Positions 49,099 through 63,052 of a DNA stretch of 64,000 bases are shown here, piece after piece. This DNA is from Lingula anatina. Lineage: Eukaryota > Animalia > Brachiopoda. Numbering within the stretch: position 1 is the first letter of the stretch; each line of letters begins with the position of its first letter. The translations under genes were made by a program, and so were the position numbers. The stretch covers positions 46,692,401-46,756,400 of the forward strand of contig CM120641.1 in NCBI GenBank assembly GCA_051362555.1. The letters are read 5' to 3'. The notes below the pieces were generated by a model. The model had not been told where the DNA came from, ran no database searches, and saw only the letters and a list, made by a program, of their open reading frames with translations.

Positions 49099-51152
49099 GA
49101 ACTTAATGATAAATGGTCAAATTCATCGTGAATGTTAAATGGGAAACTCTAGATGCGTATCATATTTTAAAACATATTAAAGCATGCTACACCTGGGCTG
49201 CCTTAAAGATAACACACATTGCTTTCTTCCTTTCTTAGCTTGGGGCGCTCCTCTTACAATGTCTTTTACATTGTATAACTCCGGTGACTGTAGACTAAAA
49301 CTAATGAAAGGGGAAGAAAAATAACGTTTACTGTATTGGATAAGCAAAAACCATGTAGCGAAATTTATTGACTAAAAAAGTAGTGGTAATTGATAATTTG
49401 AGAAAGATATTGACAACTCTTTGACCCACGAGTCTGGCAACAAATATAATTTGCAATACGCAAATTGCCGTGGGTAATATGTTCAAAGCCCTGCTCCTGT
49501 CAGGCAGTGAAGTTAAGACGAGCGTCTATTCAAAATACATGCACTCCTTGCTTAGTTTTTTTTTTTTTTTTTTTTTTTTTTTTGTATGGAAGAAACTTCA
49601 TATATCTGCACCACAGTTTATCAGACTTTCCAGCTGTCAGTCTAAATAAAATCAGACTGAGTTACGTGATTCTACTTATTGCGAAGGGTAATTATTGTTC
49701 CAATACGGCGGACAGGATAATTGAAAAACAGATATCATTGAAATAGGCATTTGCCTGAATCCATTAAATTTCCTACAGGTCTGCTTGTTAAAATACGAAA
49801 TTGTGACGAAATAAGAGAGTTGTCGAAAGTAAGTTTATAAATACTCTCTGTACACATCTATTTTCATATTTTAGTTATTTATTAATTCATTTATGGATAC
49901 ATAAGAAAGATATAAGAAATGAAACAAGGTATTTTCACAAGATAGTAATGTGTTAAGATCGTCTGCAAGAGGTGTCGTCTGCCAGTGCGACCTCGCAATG
50001 GTCTCAGACATCACAGCTGTTGGCATGTTGAACACAATGGATGGATCTGATTATAAGTCATCAAGGACATTGCAAATAATAGCTAATTACCTTTCTTTGA
50101 CAAAATACAGTAACCAACCTTTGGAAATAATGAAAACCTTACATAGTTACATAAACGTAAGAGTATATATAGAGACAGATGTCTGTTTGTCAGCAGAGAC
50201 TGTCCATTCGTTAATTGTCGTTATTATTGCCGTTATAAATAATTTGTATGAATAATGCTGACAGCACTGTGTAGGGGTTTCAGGAGAATATATAATCACC
50301 GCATTACATAACAAAGATGTCTTGCAATGAAATTATTGAATAATTAATATTCCAAAAACTTGGAAACTATCCATATTTGTTTGTCGGTCACTCAATGAGA
50401 TTTAATTGGTACCGTTTCAAAAAGGCTTTCGACGTGAACGTGATTGATGACTTCCCACAGGTAACAGGGAACAAGGAATTCTGAAGATGTAATAGGGGCA
50501 CTGACAACTTCCAGTCTAGGAACCAATTTAATATCCTACCCTAGAACCTGTTACACACGGGCACCTTATCCACACATGGTAATCTCACAAGCCGGAACCT
50601 CGTATAAAAACAAAAAAATTATGGTTTTCAATTTGTTCCAGATTTATCGGTCGCGTGGAGTTTATACCCTGGGCTTCATTTGGCAAAATTACCTCCTTTC
50701 CTATTCTTTGTTAAGTCGTCAGCATTTCTGAAGATAACGGGTATCTAGGAAAACAAGATTAACTACAGTTGGAACAGTACCCATGGCAAGAGTTTCTAGA
50801 TCAATCAAGCTACTCGCTACTTAAGCATGCTATATAATAGCCTACGCTTGTCGAATTCTGCTTGACCCCTTTGCATATGATTTGACTATTCCAAAACACT
50901 TCTTTGGTTGGTTTTATAGACCCTGAAATTATCTCTAGCCGGCTTGTCTGTCTGTTTGTCTGTCTGTCCGCCTGTCTGTCCTCCTGTCTAGCTGGCTGTG
51001 AAATATTTATTTGATGTTAACATTATGTGTTCTACTTAAATTTTTATCGCTGTAAACAAGTTTGTTAGATAGTAGCAGGTGCGAGATCAGCTTTCTGGAA
51101 AACATTGCCAAGAATAAATGGTTTCCCGATATTTAGCAGCAGATCTAAGATG

Positions 51153-51234
51153 TGTCATAAAATGACTATATAACATGTCATGGAATGTCATAAAATGACT
51201 ATATAACATGTCATGGAATGTCATAAAATGACTA
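51153..51234 (+). repeat. Perfect 33-bp tandem duplication, 2.5 copies
   Basis: tgtcataaaatgactatataacatgtcatggaa at 51153 and 51186, partial at 51219. Confidence 0.95.
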
Positions 51235-54200
51235 CTTTTGTCAACTACAAATTATGTCTATCAAGGTGACTCCCTAATGTCAAACAATTTAAAATGGCAA
51301 TTATAAAACAAGCAAAAATTATATTGGCAATAATTTAATCGACATTATAGCTCAGCAGAGGTATAAATGACACAAATTAATTTCAAAGGACGACCAGTTG
51401 TCTGCAATTGACGTTGTTTAACTGTGCGTTTATTGCTGAGAGACTGTACGATGTGTTATCTCCAGACTTACTAAGGGGTGCGTTATTAGAAAATGGACAG
51501 TTTTATTACAGCCATAGCTAATATGATAAACCAAAATGATAAAACTTTTTTTTTGCTTGTAGCTCTTAAATGCTGTGTGGTTAATGATTCTACTGTGTAG
51601 CAACACAGCAATAAGGGGCCAAGATTTTACGTGATAAAAAATGAGAATGCCAATCAGTGTCAGCAAGTATTTAATTTGATATAAACAAGGATGCCAAGAT
51701 GCCAAGGGTTCGCGGATGAAAGTTAGCCGGGTAAGCAATGCAAATATTGCTATCATAGGTTAGATAGAATTTTTAAATAATGGCGACCGCCAATAAAGTC
51801 TGTATTGATTCATGCGTCGAGACAAAGAGCTAGGGAGAACATAAATCGTCTGCAATTTCCTCGAAAACAAAAAGTAGTTGATGAGATTGGGACAGAATTA
51901 TATCTAGTAATTTATAGCAAGGGTTACTGAAATAGGCCAGTGAGTATCTTCACCATAAGATGTCTTTGTGGAGGGAATTATTGTATACCAACCGTCAGGT
52001 TTTTATAACCATCTTTAATACAGAAAAACTATAAAATCGGGCGACTCTGTATTCACCCTACTAAGATACATGTATATTGTGGCAATGTGTGGAGATTACG
52101 TTGCTCTTTATGAATACGTCTGAAAATATATATACATATACATGTTTCAAATAATTATGGCAGGTGTGGAGTTTTCAGTAAACAATACTCTTAGAAGAAA
52201 ATTAGGAGAACGTTAACAAAACAGATCACTCAGGTCCAAAAAGTTCAAGACAAATTCAATACTTCCATAGAGATATGATCTAACAACGTTAATTTCCCAA
52301 TAGCTGATGGGTTAAGGCACCCTGTGTTTCAGAGGCCGTTGTTGACTAACAGACAACGCTGTCTCCGCTCTCCTTGAGGGCGTTCTAGAGAACATTTCAT
52401 TCCATCAGCCACTGAAGCTCAGGGTGAGATGCATCTGCCAGCTAATATGTGTTCTTTTAACCTTTGTAACATTCTCAGAGGGTTGTTGCCTTGAGAGGAG
52501 AAACCACGCATGTTTTTGTCACCCAGGGCTAACGTTTGGGAACCAATTTCCGCAGACCAATATTAACCGAAAATGCTTATTTTTTTGATGATTATTTTTG
52601 CAATATGTCCACAGTAGCTTTATTATTAGAACTTATTACCAGAAGTAGTGATTTTTTGCAGTGATATTTAGGTTTGCGACTTAACATACGCTGTATTCTG
52701 CAATAACAACATGGTGACATGTGACAGTACAAGTAAAATGCCATTTAAAAATCTCTATCTGGCGCGTATCATAAAGACTGATTGATTGCGAGATGTTTTG
52801 GTTGAGAACGTGATAGTGATTCTAAATAAGGGATTCTAATACCCATTACCTTCCCAGTATTCTGAGCTGGAATTAGACAGATTGCCAAGTGCACGAAGGA
52901 AAACAGGCTACATGGTCTTCAAACAAAAAAATCAATCACACCACTTGTAAAGAAACCGAACATAGGTATATTATAAAAGCCCAGCCAATACTCGAACACG
53001 CCCAAAGCATAGGTTGCTGTCCAGATTGCCTGACTGTTATTGGTGAAAAATTGGCCATAAAGTCACTTTAGAAAAGAGCAGTTTTTTCGGGGTATTTTGA
53101 TAAATATGAACGCTTGTGGCTGGTTAAATGTTTTGTATGTATAACGAGCACGATGACGTTCTCTATATATCTCGTCACATGTTAAGACAGACAGTTTAAA
53201 ATAGACAGATAAAAAGTTTGTTGTGGCCAAATTCACCATTGTCGTGGTGATAAGATTACAACAAATTAATTATACAAATTAATACAGAGAGGAAAAAATA
53301 CAATACAATTTAATACAACGAAGGTTAAAATATTATGTTTAATGTAAAAAAAATTCTACTTGGCTTACGTAATGGCTCACATTCAGCAAGGCTTTTAAGT
53401 TTGGCAAAATTAAGGATGCAATGTGTGAGAAATTTAAAGAAATATCATTTGTATTAGGCCACAATTTATACATTTTCCCATTAAACTTGACAATAAAATG
53501 TACTATTCATGATATCAATATAACAGTAGAGTTGTTCCCCGAACAACAACAACACTGTATACATCACTGTGTTGCAGTAGATATTGTGTTTGCACCTATC
53601 TGTAAAAACCACCCGATGCGTTGAGCACAACAAACGCAATGAGTCTAAAAGCAGTAGCTGAATATGCCACGCTGAAAGCGGGCTAAGGCAGGTGCCATGA
53701 GAAAAAAAAACATGATATAATATCAAATGTGCTGTATTGCCATTCTTTGTCCAGGTATGTTCCCGATGCGCTGGTTTATATCATACCTTTTCTGACATTG
53801 CGGAATTTGGCCTTTACACTAGATTTATGAAGTACATGTAGAGAAGGAAGCTACTGATACATGTCCTGCTCCTGCTACCTGCCAAACCACGCCGACAGCT
53901 CATTAATACAGGCTGTCAGGTTTGCGTAAGTGATACTTAAAGCTTTTTCATTATTTAGATGTCAATCAGCACAGAACCCACTAGGCAGCAGGTCAGCGGG
54001 TGCCATGGCCACTGACACCAGTCAGACACTTCTCCCATTTACCCATCAAATTACCTGTGATTGCACGAGCGAGGTGATGTTCAGGAACCACACTGAGCAT
54101 GATATCTGACAGTTTTTTTTTCGTGAAAAGAAAAAACCGTCTGTCAACCATGGGTATTTTTTCTACAAATCATGAGAGTAAACCCCCTTTGTCTTTTATA

Positions 54201-57200
54201 CTTATTCGTTGTTTTTAGATAGCTCAACCCACAAACGCTGTAAGTACTGGTAGAGCAAAGCCTGAACACGGGAGCTGAGGTCAAATCCTTAATGTGCCAC
54301 TTGGCAGGGCAAACATTTCGGTGATAACAGAAAGGATATGTAAGTGGCTGAAGAGAATTCTCAAGAAAGCAATGCAAACAGCCTTTGGCAATATCGTGGC
54401 AGAGCCGGGTGAGATGTTCAGAGCGGATATATACAAACTAACAGCTTGCACAACGACAGATTATTTGCTCTGAGAGGAAAAGGTCTTTGGTGATGCAGTA
54501 CAGATAACTGCGATATTAAAGCTGTTAAAATGAAACTTCGTTGGTTTGTTAACTTTAACAGAACCTTTAAGTGCTTGAATATATGGAAGTTAAAGACGTT
54601 GACGAAGGCAAAGTCGTATCTGGGCATTTATCAGCTACAGCGGGAACCTTTTGATCTCTCATAAGGTTTTTTTTAGCTGTCCTTGGGTGACTGTTTAGTT
54701 TTTGAAAAGTAATTGATTGCACTTCCAATTACTAACCCTGCTCAAAATCGTAATTCGTGTGTAGTGAAAATTGTAAGGAATGTATGTTATCGGCTTACGT
54801 CAAGTAGAGGAAAAGATGAAATAAATAGACTTATACTGTATTTTTTAGTTTAAAATTTGATAGAATGATCAGTGCGAACTATATATAGAAAATTGGTGAT
54901 GATAGCAAGGAAATTATATTTATTTGGTCTAAATTTTGTGGCCTTTATCTTTAATCCGACGTCTTCTAGGCGTCTCTAGACTGTTCTGTTTTGTATGTTC
55001 ATTGTAAATATCAAGTGCTTCATGTTTAATGCTTTGTGGACATATGCGCATGCATATATTCATCATTCCTTTCTCTTTTTTCATGATTCATTGGTCGCAA
55101 TGGAAATTGACGTATGTACATTCATTCTTGTGTATACATTATCATCGCTGACACGCCGCTGGTAAACAGAAGAGAAATGGGATGAAATATATAACTGTCG
55201 AGAGCAGGAAAATGAAGTAGGCTTTGATCTTGTTTGTATGCCATCTCTCCAGTGTATCCATGATGTGATGATTTCGACCTTTCCATTTACTTAGAAATTT
55301 ACGGAGTATAGGTAACTACGGTATTCGTGTGCTGCCACTCATAAGTTAACATTGAAATTCATTTTTTGTCTTTGTATGAATTCTGCATAGAGTTTCAGTC
55401 CACTCCCACTTATTACCTGTAAACGCTCGCCTTGTTCACCTGCCAGAAGCCTCCAGTGTGGCGTTTAGATACGGTCCAGTTCTACCAGCCATTAGATAAC
55501 CCCGGAATCCCCGGAGGCTAATATGAGTTGAACCTCAATGCACTGAATAAATAGAAGCATGCTTATATTCTGATAGTGTTATTTGAAAGATACCTTGCAG
55601 TATGTCGCAATAAAACTGTTTCCCGTTTCTTCCACCAACTCCAAGAGGTGTCACTGTTGGTACCTTGGTACCGTCCTTGGAGGTACCATGACCATTTTTG
55701 TTTGTTGCATAAGTATTTATACGTACTTTTCAACACATGCCAATGTTTTATGCACAATACTCATCAACTGTTCATACTCATTATTTTATGAATGCGGGCT
55801 GCCAAACGTTATGACAGTGAACGAGTCATTTGTACGTAACCAATTAAATTAATGATGATAGGCTTCCAAGGTATTTTCAGTCCTATGGAAAATCATACTT
55901 TAATAGTTATTAATATTCAGGGAAGTATAAATACTTCACATCTCCGTCAGTTAAGCGCAATATCAGTTCACTACAGGTGGTCCGCCAATCAGATACGAGT
56001 TTTTCCAATCATTCAAGCCAGGACCTTTAGAGGATTTCCATGGGAATATTATATAATGCCATCTTAGATACCGGAATATCAGATTGAACGTTGTCGGCAA
56101 GCTTATTAAGAAGGATTATCTTCAGACCACTTTGAGAATCTTGGCGTGACAACAAATGAAGCAACCTATAGCAGTCAGAACACAGTAGGCCGCGACGACC
56201 AAGCATGCATCTTAGACCATCTTAGTGGACGGCATATAATTGCTTATTGCTTGGGCTGTTATCGAGTTCCATTCTATTGTATTAAAAGCTTTTCAGTTCA
56301 GGTTCATTAGAAGGAAATATATGAGAAATAGGGGAGTCTCTTGCGTGATATGTGCTTTTCTGGCCGTTTTGAAGCAATGCCGTTGGCATCAATCAGCAAA
56401 CCAGCGGTACTTTCTATGGCCTAGCATCACGATTACATGGAGAGAGAAAATTAAAGGGAGCTAGAGTTCCTTGCTTAACCTATAATTGAGTTTTCTCCGT
56501 GGGCCGAGAGAGCATACATGTAGAAAAGTTGAAACAGCCATTTCGTTTTAACTAAGCTTTGGAAAAACTGTTGTGAACATGTGATTCAGCCCACCTGGAC
56601 GCGCAATTTACCTGTTTGGTTTGATTAAACAGCATACCGCAGAACACGGCGGAAGTGGCGTGCAATACAACATTAAGGCACAGACAACATATTCGCATGT
56701 ATCTTTCCTGAGTAGCACAATTATTTTTCTAGTAGGCTACTAGGTCTATGATATATGGAGATAGAATCTGCGATTTGAACAGAGCGTAATCGCCGTTATG
56801 ACATTATAAGGTCTAATGGTACGAACTCGCCTTCGTCTTGTAGTAGCAGCAGGTACCAGTTATCTCCTATTGCCGCAGAATACAAGATTATAACTCATCT
56901 GAGCCCTCACAGTTGTACGCTGGAAAACGTAAGAGGAAAATAACATCGTTTTGAAGGATGGAATCCCATTACAGAATTGGCAAAAAAAGGGAGATCTGTT
57001 TGTTGAGATGAGTGAAAGATTGGAAGACTGTAGCTGAGTTGGTATTATCTCATCTATCTGGAAAATAGGGCATGTTTTGAGGACAATTATGCGTATTTAC
57101 TGCTGTGGGGACAGAGAAATTTAATTAGATAAGGTATTGAGATACACCAGTTCAATCTCACGTCTCGATGTGAGGGCTTCTGGCCAAACCACACAGAAAC

Positions 57201-60200
57201 CAAGAGTTCCGCCCAGTCGCTGTGTGTTTCCCGTTCAGGTCGGGAAAGGGTACAGGATTAATTCACGTCAGCTGGGCGTTCATTTGCAGGTGCTTTAAGA
57301 ACGCATTTGGTATTTCATCCACTGGGTACAGCAGCGTTGGCAATTGTTGTAAAAAAGTGGAACGGAGAGTTTATTTGGAATCCTCTGGGTAACGTAACAG
57401 TTGGTACTCGAGGACTGTTGATATCATTTCCAATACAATCTGCAGGCTTTGCTGGTACTTGGTTGGTGTCAATTGGATGACGGCAATGTTTCTGTCGCCC
57501 ATGTGCCATGCGGGACATTTTACATTAGCTAATGCATAGCAATCAGCCTGGCAAGTGTAGGTTGTGTTTAATTTCTTGATTGCATACTTATTGTGACGTT
57601 CAAAGGTTTAAGACCCATATTGGCATCAGTTCTACGGCGCCGAATAATTACCAAGAACATTACGCTGATATGTTGACAGTGTTGGAACAAAAGGCACCAC
57701 AAGACCTGGCGTGATGCTATGATACTGAAAACCGCTTCAAAGAAGATGTCTGGAAAAGTATTGGTGAGCGTTTGGATATTTTATAGTGCCCGTCAAGCAA
57801 TACCATATGCAAAAGTACCATATTATACATTAGTTAAGTAAATGTTATCTACATGTAAAACAAATATTCCTTTGCCGCCACATTTTGAAATTAGTATACT
57901 CGAATGTACTAATGTGTACAAATGTACTAATGACAATAAGTTGAAGCCATGTGCTACACCGTATTTGTAGGCGTCATCGTACATATTTGTTATATGAATA
58001 ATAGAAAATAATACTGGTGGCTGATCAGTGCGATTAGTTGGAACCTGCATATCACGAAAGGACTTCTTTATTTTATAGCTGGGAAGCAGCAAGAAGTGAA
58101 TGATGGGGCATTGTTGTGTAAGCAGAGAGTTTTAGAACCAGTTTGACGCACTGCACATGCGTGTGAAGGCAGTTGTTTTTGGCGACATTTTAGACTACCC
58201 TATTCTTTTCTTTTCAGTGGTAAATGACATGCATAAGTCAACTTCATACTGACGTGTTATGGGATAAATATTGCTCACATCGTGTCAGTTTTCCATCTTT
58301 TTTTTTTTTTGTAAATATGAAAAAAAATTCAAGCCAGTCCTTAATTAAGGCACATCTCTTCGCAAAGCGAGTGTTTACCCAACAATGATTGAATTGAATG
58401 TGGGAGGACGGTATTAAGAAACACCATGTCATCTATCAGTATCTGTGCTAAGCATAAATATTTCATTGTTATGTATTTTGCCTTACTAGAGTCAATGTTT
58501 TGCGGTTTTAAAACACACTGTAATGGCATTTTTTAAACAGATCCTTCAAGTGTTCATGGTTGGTTCTTAATTTGAAGTTGTTTTGTTTTTTGTTTTTTTT
58601 TGTTTCTTCGTTTTAGCCTAAATATTATGATTATTAATTTTTATGAGACTGTTAATCAAGAAAATACCTTAAGTGTTCCACTTATCCTTTAGAAAGTAAC
58701 ATATTTGCTCCCCTGATTTTAAAACCTGGGTACTTATGAAAGACTTTCCAATTAACACCTACTTCGCACGCATGTCTCTTAGAACCTACACATTTTATTT
58801 ATGCCTTTGTGTATTAGTTATTTGAGGTTTGGTTTATTAGCGCTTGCAGTGTTTATGATAGGCAAGTAACCCCTGTAAGAAAATGGGAATAGATTGGAAA
58901 AACTTGTCACTTAATGACATCTGTAATGCAAATTGAATTGATAAAGGTCAGATTTCTTGTCGTATCGAATACGAGAGATAGATGGATTTAATCTCTTCAT
59001 TGTCAATATAGAGCCCATTACTGGGGCGTGACACAAACGTCCATCAATTAGTAAGTAACGTATGTTATAGCTCGTCATATACTCCATCCATATGTTGTGA
59101 TGGATGCAAATTACAACCATTACCAAGATCCATTCAGCCAATACAGAGATTTGTTTGCCACTGGACTAAATCATTGCAGTCTGTGCTGGCAATGACGGAT
59201 ACTGCTTCTCCCCTCCTACATATGTCAAAAGAAGCCTACATTAAAAGGGCTTGTATTTATTATTAGCTGAGGATTATTATCCATGTAATAACGTTCAATT
59301 ACTGCCTATACTGGGCCGTGTCAACTTTGTGTCACATTATTAAATTTTGTGCAATTCATCAGTCAGGTAGCCTCCTGATAATACTCCGTAAGCTCACAAA
59401 CCACACATTGGTTTTATAGGCAATACGAGTCGGATGTCAAGATCTGAATCTATGGGAAACCAATTCATCCAGGTATCGAGCAGTTTAAGTTGGCATTATG
59501 AAAACAGACAACCAATGCAGGTTTCAACGCTGACAACGTTTTAGGGAATCCCCATTTCCGTAATTTGGGTTAAGATGATATAGTGTGTAACATGCTTGCT
59601 TTGTTAATCTCAAAATTTACACTACTCTCGTAGTTTTGAAGGACTGCAATGTTCTGCCATATATTATGTGTAAATAGAAATGAGTGATTGTTAAAAACCA
59701 CGATTACCAGTGCATAAATAACGATTCAAAGAAACACCTTTATAAGCATTGCGGGAATATTTACCCGGGCATCCAGTGACTATGAAACTGTACGCAAAAT
59801 GTAGTTTCTAAATAAATGCTTCTGGAAACAAGAATTATCAGGCAATAATAATAAAATAGTGTGAGGTAATGGCTGAGCTGACAGTAGCACGTTCTCATGG
59901 ATTCGGATTAAAAGATAAGCACGTCAAGATCGATGGAATGTTTTTATCGTTTTGAGAGGATGGGTATGATTAGTGCCTTACAGTTATGTAGCTACTGTAT
60001 AACCTGTTTGCTTCATTTGCAGACATATCTTTCTTGCAGAGGTGAAACTGCGTCTTGAAAAGATGGTTCAAGCGCTTTGAATTGAAGTACCCAGTGTTTT
60101 GGTCCATTATGTTTCAGCTTTTGCCTTCCCAACCCACCATGCGTACACACTGATCACGACACGTGTAGGGAAATGTGAAAGTGAGAAAGCCGTTAAATGT

Positions 60201-62144
60201 CGGTTCTGAAGCTCTACAGAGCTCTCTCTTCTGTCCATACAGACACTGGCATCTCAGTCCAAGTAATTCTGTGCACTCTTTCATTAGTTATAGAGCTTTA
60301 TTTATATGAATATCGCTATCTTTAGTCCAGTCGCATGCAACCCGGGAACAAATTACTTCAATTATCCATCTATTGTGATTAAAACCAAAGGAAATTAAGC
60401 ATATATTGATCGTGCGTTACTAGGAGTTAATCTAGATGAAACGATAGTGGTTATGCATGCGTTGTTGTTGGGCAGTCAGCTTCTCTTATTGATATCACGT
60501 AAATCGACTGCTCTTCAGTTCACTTTGGTGCAGCAAATATGTTGTATACTTTTTAACTTCTAGAGAGACAAACATAAGTATGTGCGGACTGCATCGAAAT
60601 CCCCACTGTTGTTGGTGTGGGAGTCTAGAGTTGTGTTAGGTGAGATAAGAGGAAACAATCCCGTCTTCACAACCAATTGATATCGGTAAACGCCACACTG
60701 CACGTGCTTCGTTTGCTTATATTACGTTCGGCAACGATGGTCCTATAGGGAGTGTAGTGGATCCCTTTACCAATTAATGACAAAACACAATTTTCTACAT
60801 ATCCATACACACATTTACGCACGAGCACTCACATGCTCGCACGTTTAGCCGAGGAATAGATCTGACTATGTTTTATCCTTAAGGTAATTGTTTTACCTGA
60901 AGTAATCTGAGTTAATTGAATTGGTATACTATATGTATATATATCCACCGTCCGAAGCTTGCGTTTTAAGAAACGCTGATTTAACTGAAATTAGCGAGGC
61001 ACTGAGTAGTCAAACATTCAAATGCGAAAAATATCTCAACCAAACAATATCAAGTATATACTTATGCCTTTTTCTATTTCACCTGAACATTTCTTCTAAT
61101 TTTCACGGCGGACGGCCTTAAGTTATACTCATCAGTAGAGAGTCACTTGATGCCTTGGCAACTTTTCTGTACTTTGAATAATTTAAGTACTAGATTAATT
61201 TATTGTTAATTAATTTATTTATTGATCAAAAACCAATATATAACACAGACAGTGGCTTTATAGATTAATCAATTAGTTAATTGGTAAATGCATTAGTTAA
61301 TTAATACATTAATTTTTCATTAATCCATAATTAAGCAGTTGATAAATAGCACATATTTGCCAGTTTGGCTATCTTGGTTTCTTTGTAAACTTCGCATAAT
61401 CTTATTTTGACTTCTGGAACAGCAATTTTCCCAGAATTTCAAGAATGATATGATGTATCCGTACGTTAACTGCCACTTTGGCGATGCCTCAAGTCAATTT
61501 GTGTAATAACTTTCGTCAACGTAGATCATATCTAGGCGGCTTGCCTGAGCTGCTCTGAATGGTATACACGACTCTATGTTTAAGCAAAACATTTGTAGTT
61601 TGACTTATGTAATAACGTCACGACCCTCTGTTTGCAGGCCGTGTGCGTGATTTCAAGAAGGGTCTTCCTCTGTCCCTTTTCTGTCTCGCAGGGCTATCGG
61701 AACGCATTCTGCCACACAAGTCACGGCCGTGCCCTCGATCATGCCGCTGTGTGATCTCATTACGGGATGAAATGCGTCTATTAGTCCGTTGATTAACAAG
61801 ATGTGTACAACATTCTTGCAAGGTTGTGTCCCAGGAGCTTTTTTTAATCTACTAATCATTAAATTAGTCGATGTTGTCTTCATACGGGGTACTGGCGACA
61901 TCCAAGTCCTGGTTTGGTATTGGCATTCTCACGACGGCCGCAGCTGTAGCTTCTCCCGTTTTGTTTAATCGCCCGTTCGATCGCGCGCGTTCCCCCTGGA
62001 ATACTTCTCTTCAAACAGGGACTCGTTTGATCACCAGTTAGCTAAATTCAGTCTCTTTGTTTCGTGAGAGAAGTCTTCTTGAATACTGTTGGAAAGTGTG
62101 GACAAGGCAGAAAAAATGGGCCGTTAGAGCATTTCTTTCAACAG

Positions 62145-62228
62145 AACATGATAACGGGAGGTGTTACGGGCGCTGGCGGGGGAGCAAGGAACCCCTGGCA
62201 ACAGGTGATCCAGATGGGCTTGCAAAAG
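62145..62228 (+). CDS. Candidate coding exon (N)MITGGVTGAGGGARNPWQQVIQMGLQK, phase 0; internal exon or alternative first exon (ATG 62148)
   Basis: Acceptor-like tttctttcaacag| at 62144; GC-rich 28-codon open frame; donor AAG|gtaggg at 62229 (alternative CAG|gtgatc at 62205, also phase 0). CpG-rich leader at 61930-62000. Confidence 0.5.
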
Positions 62229-62987
62229 GTAGGGACCGATAGGGCCTTCCTTTCTTCACTGTGACTGTCTTGCCTCATAAATCCAATAAACCAAATGATG
62301 TAGAATGTAAATGTGACAGCTGAAATATTCGAAAACGCACAAATCAAGAAGGTACATGAGCGTGGCGTAGGTCAAGGTTGAGTACGGTAGGTTCAAATCA
62401 TGACGCGGGATGCTATTGGATATCAATGAATTAATACATAATTAACTTCGTGAAGAGTTGCGTTAATTTGTCTGTTTGAAATAACTCAGAATTCACTTCC
62501 GGTACTGGGAAAATATGGTCAACCAAGGAACTAGATTCCTATCTACTTTATTGGTTAAACTGATAACGTATTCCGTACACGAAGGACTGTGAACCAAGCC
62601 ATCGTGCATTGTAAGCATAGAATTTAACAAGCATTAGATAAGATAAACTGTGACTTGATGCAGTAGTTCACAATAAACTTAATTACGACAGCTAAGATTA
62701 GCCATCGTATAGGCTAAATGTCCTTTCTGCATGTAAAACCTATTTGCAAAGGCAGCAAAAGATGTTTTTTAACACTGGTCGCTGTGTTTAGCAGAAATCA
62801 AGAATGTATTACCATAATTTACATTCTTGCAGAAATGTATGTGGGGATGCCTATGAAATCTTTCGAGATGTCCCGAAGTATCGCCACGTAGCACGTAATA
62901 AAGTGAAATAATTTGAATTTAAAAGATTATTACTCTGTATATGAGAACTTAAACAGAAAGAACATTTACAGGCATACCAGATAGGGA

Positions 62988-62990
62988 TGT

Positions 62991-63032
<42 letters not shown>

Positions 63033-63052
63033 AGAGAGAGAGAAGAGAGAGA
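62988..63052. repeat. (GT)n(GA)n compound microsatellite
   Basis: Direct reading. Confidence 0.95.
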
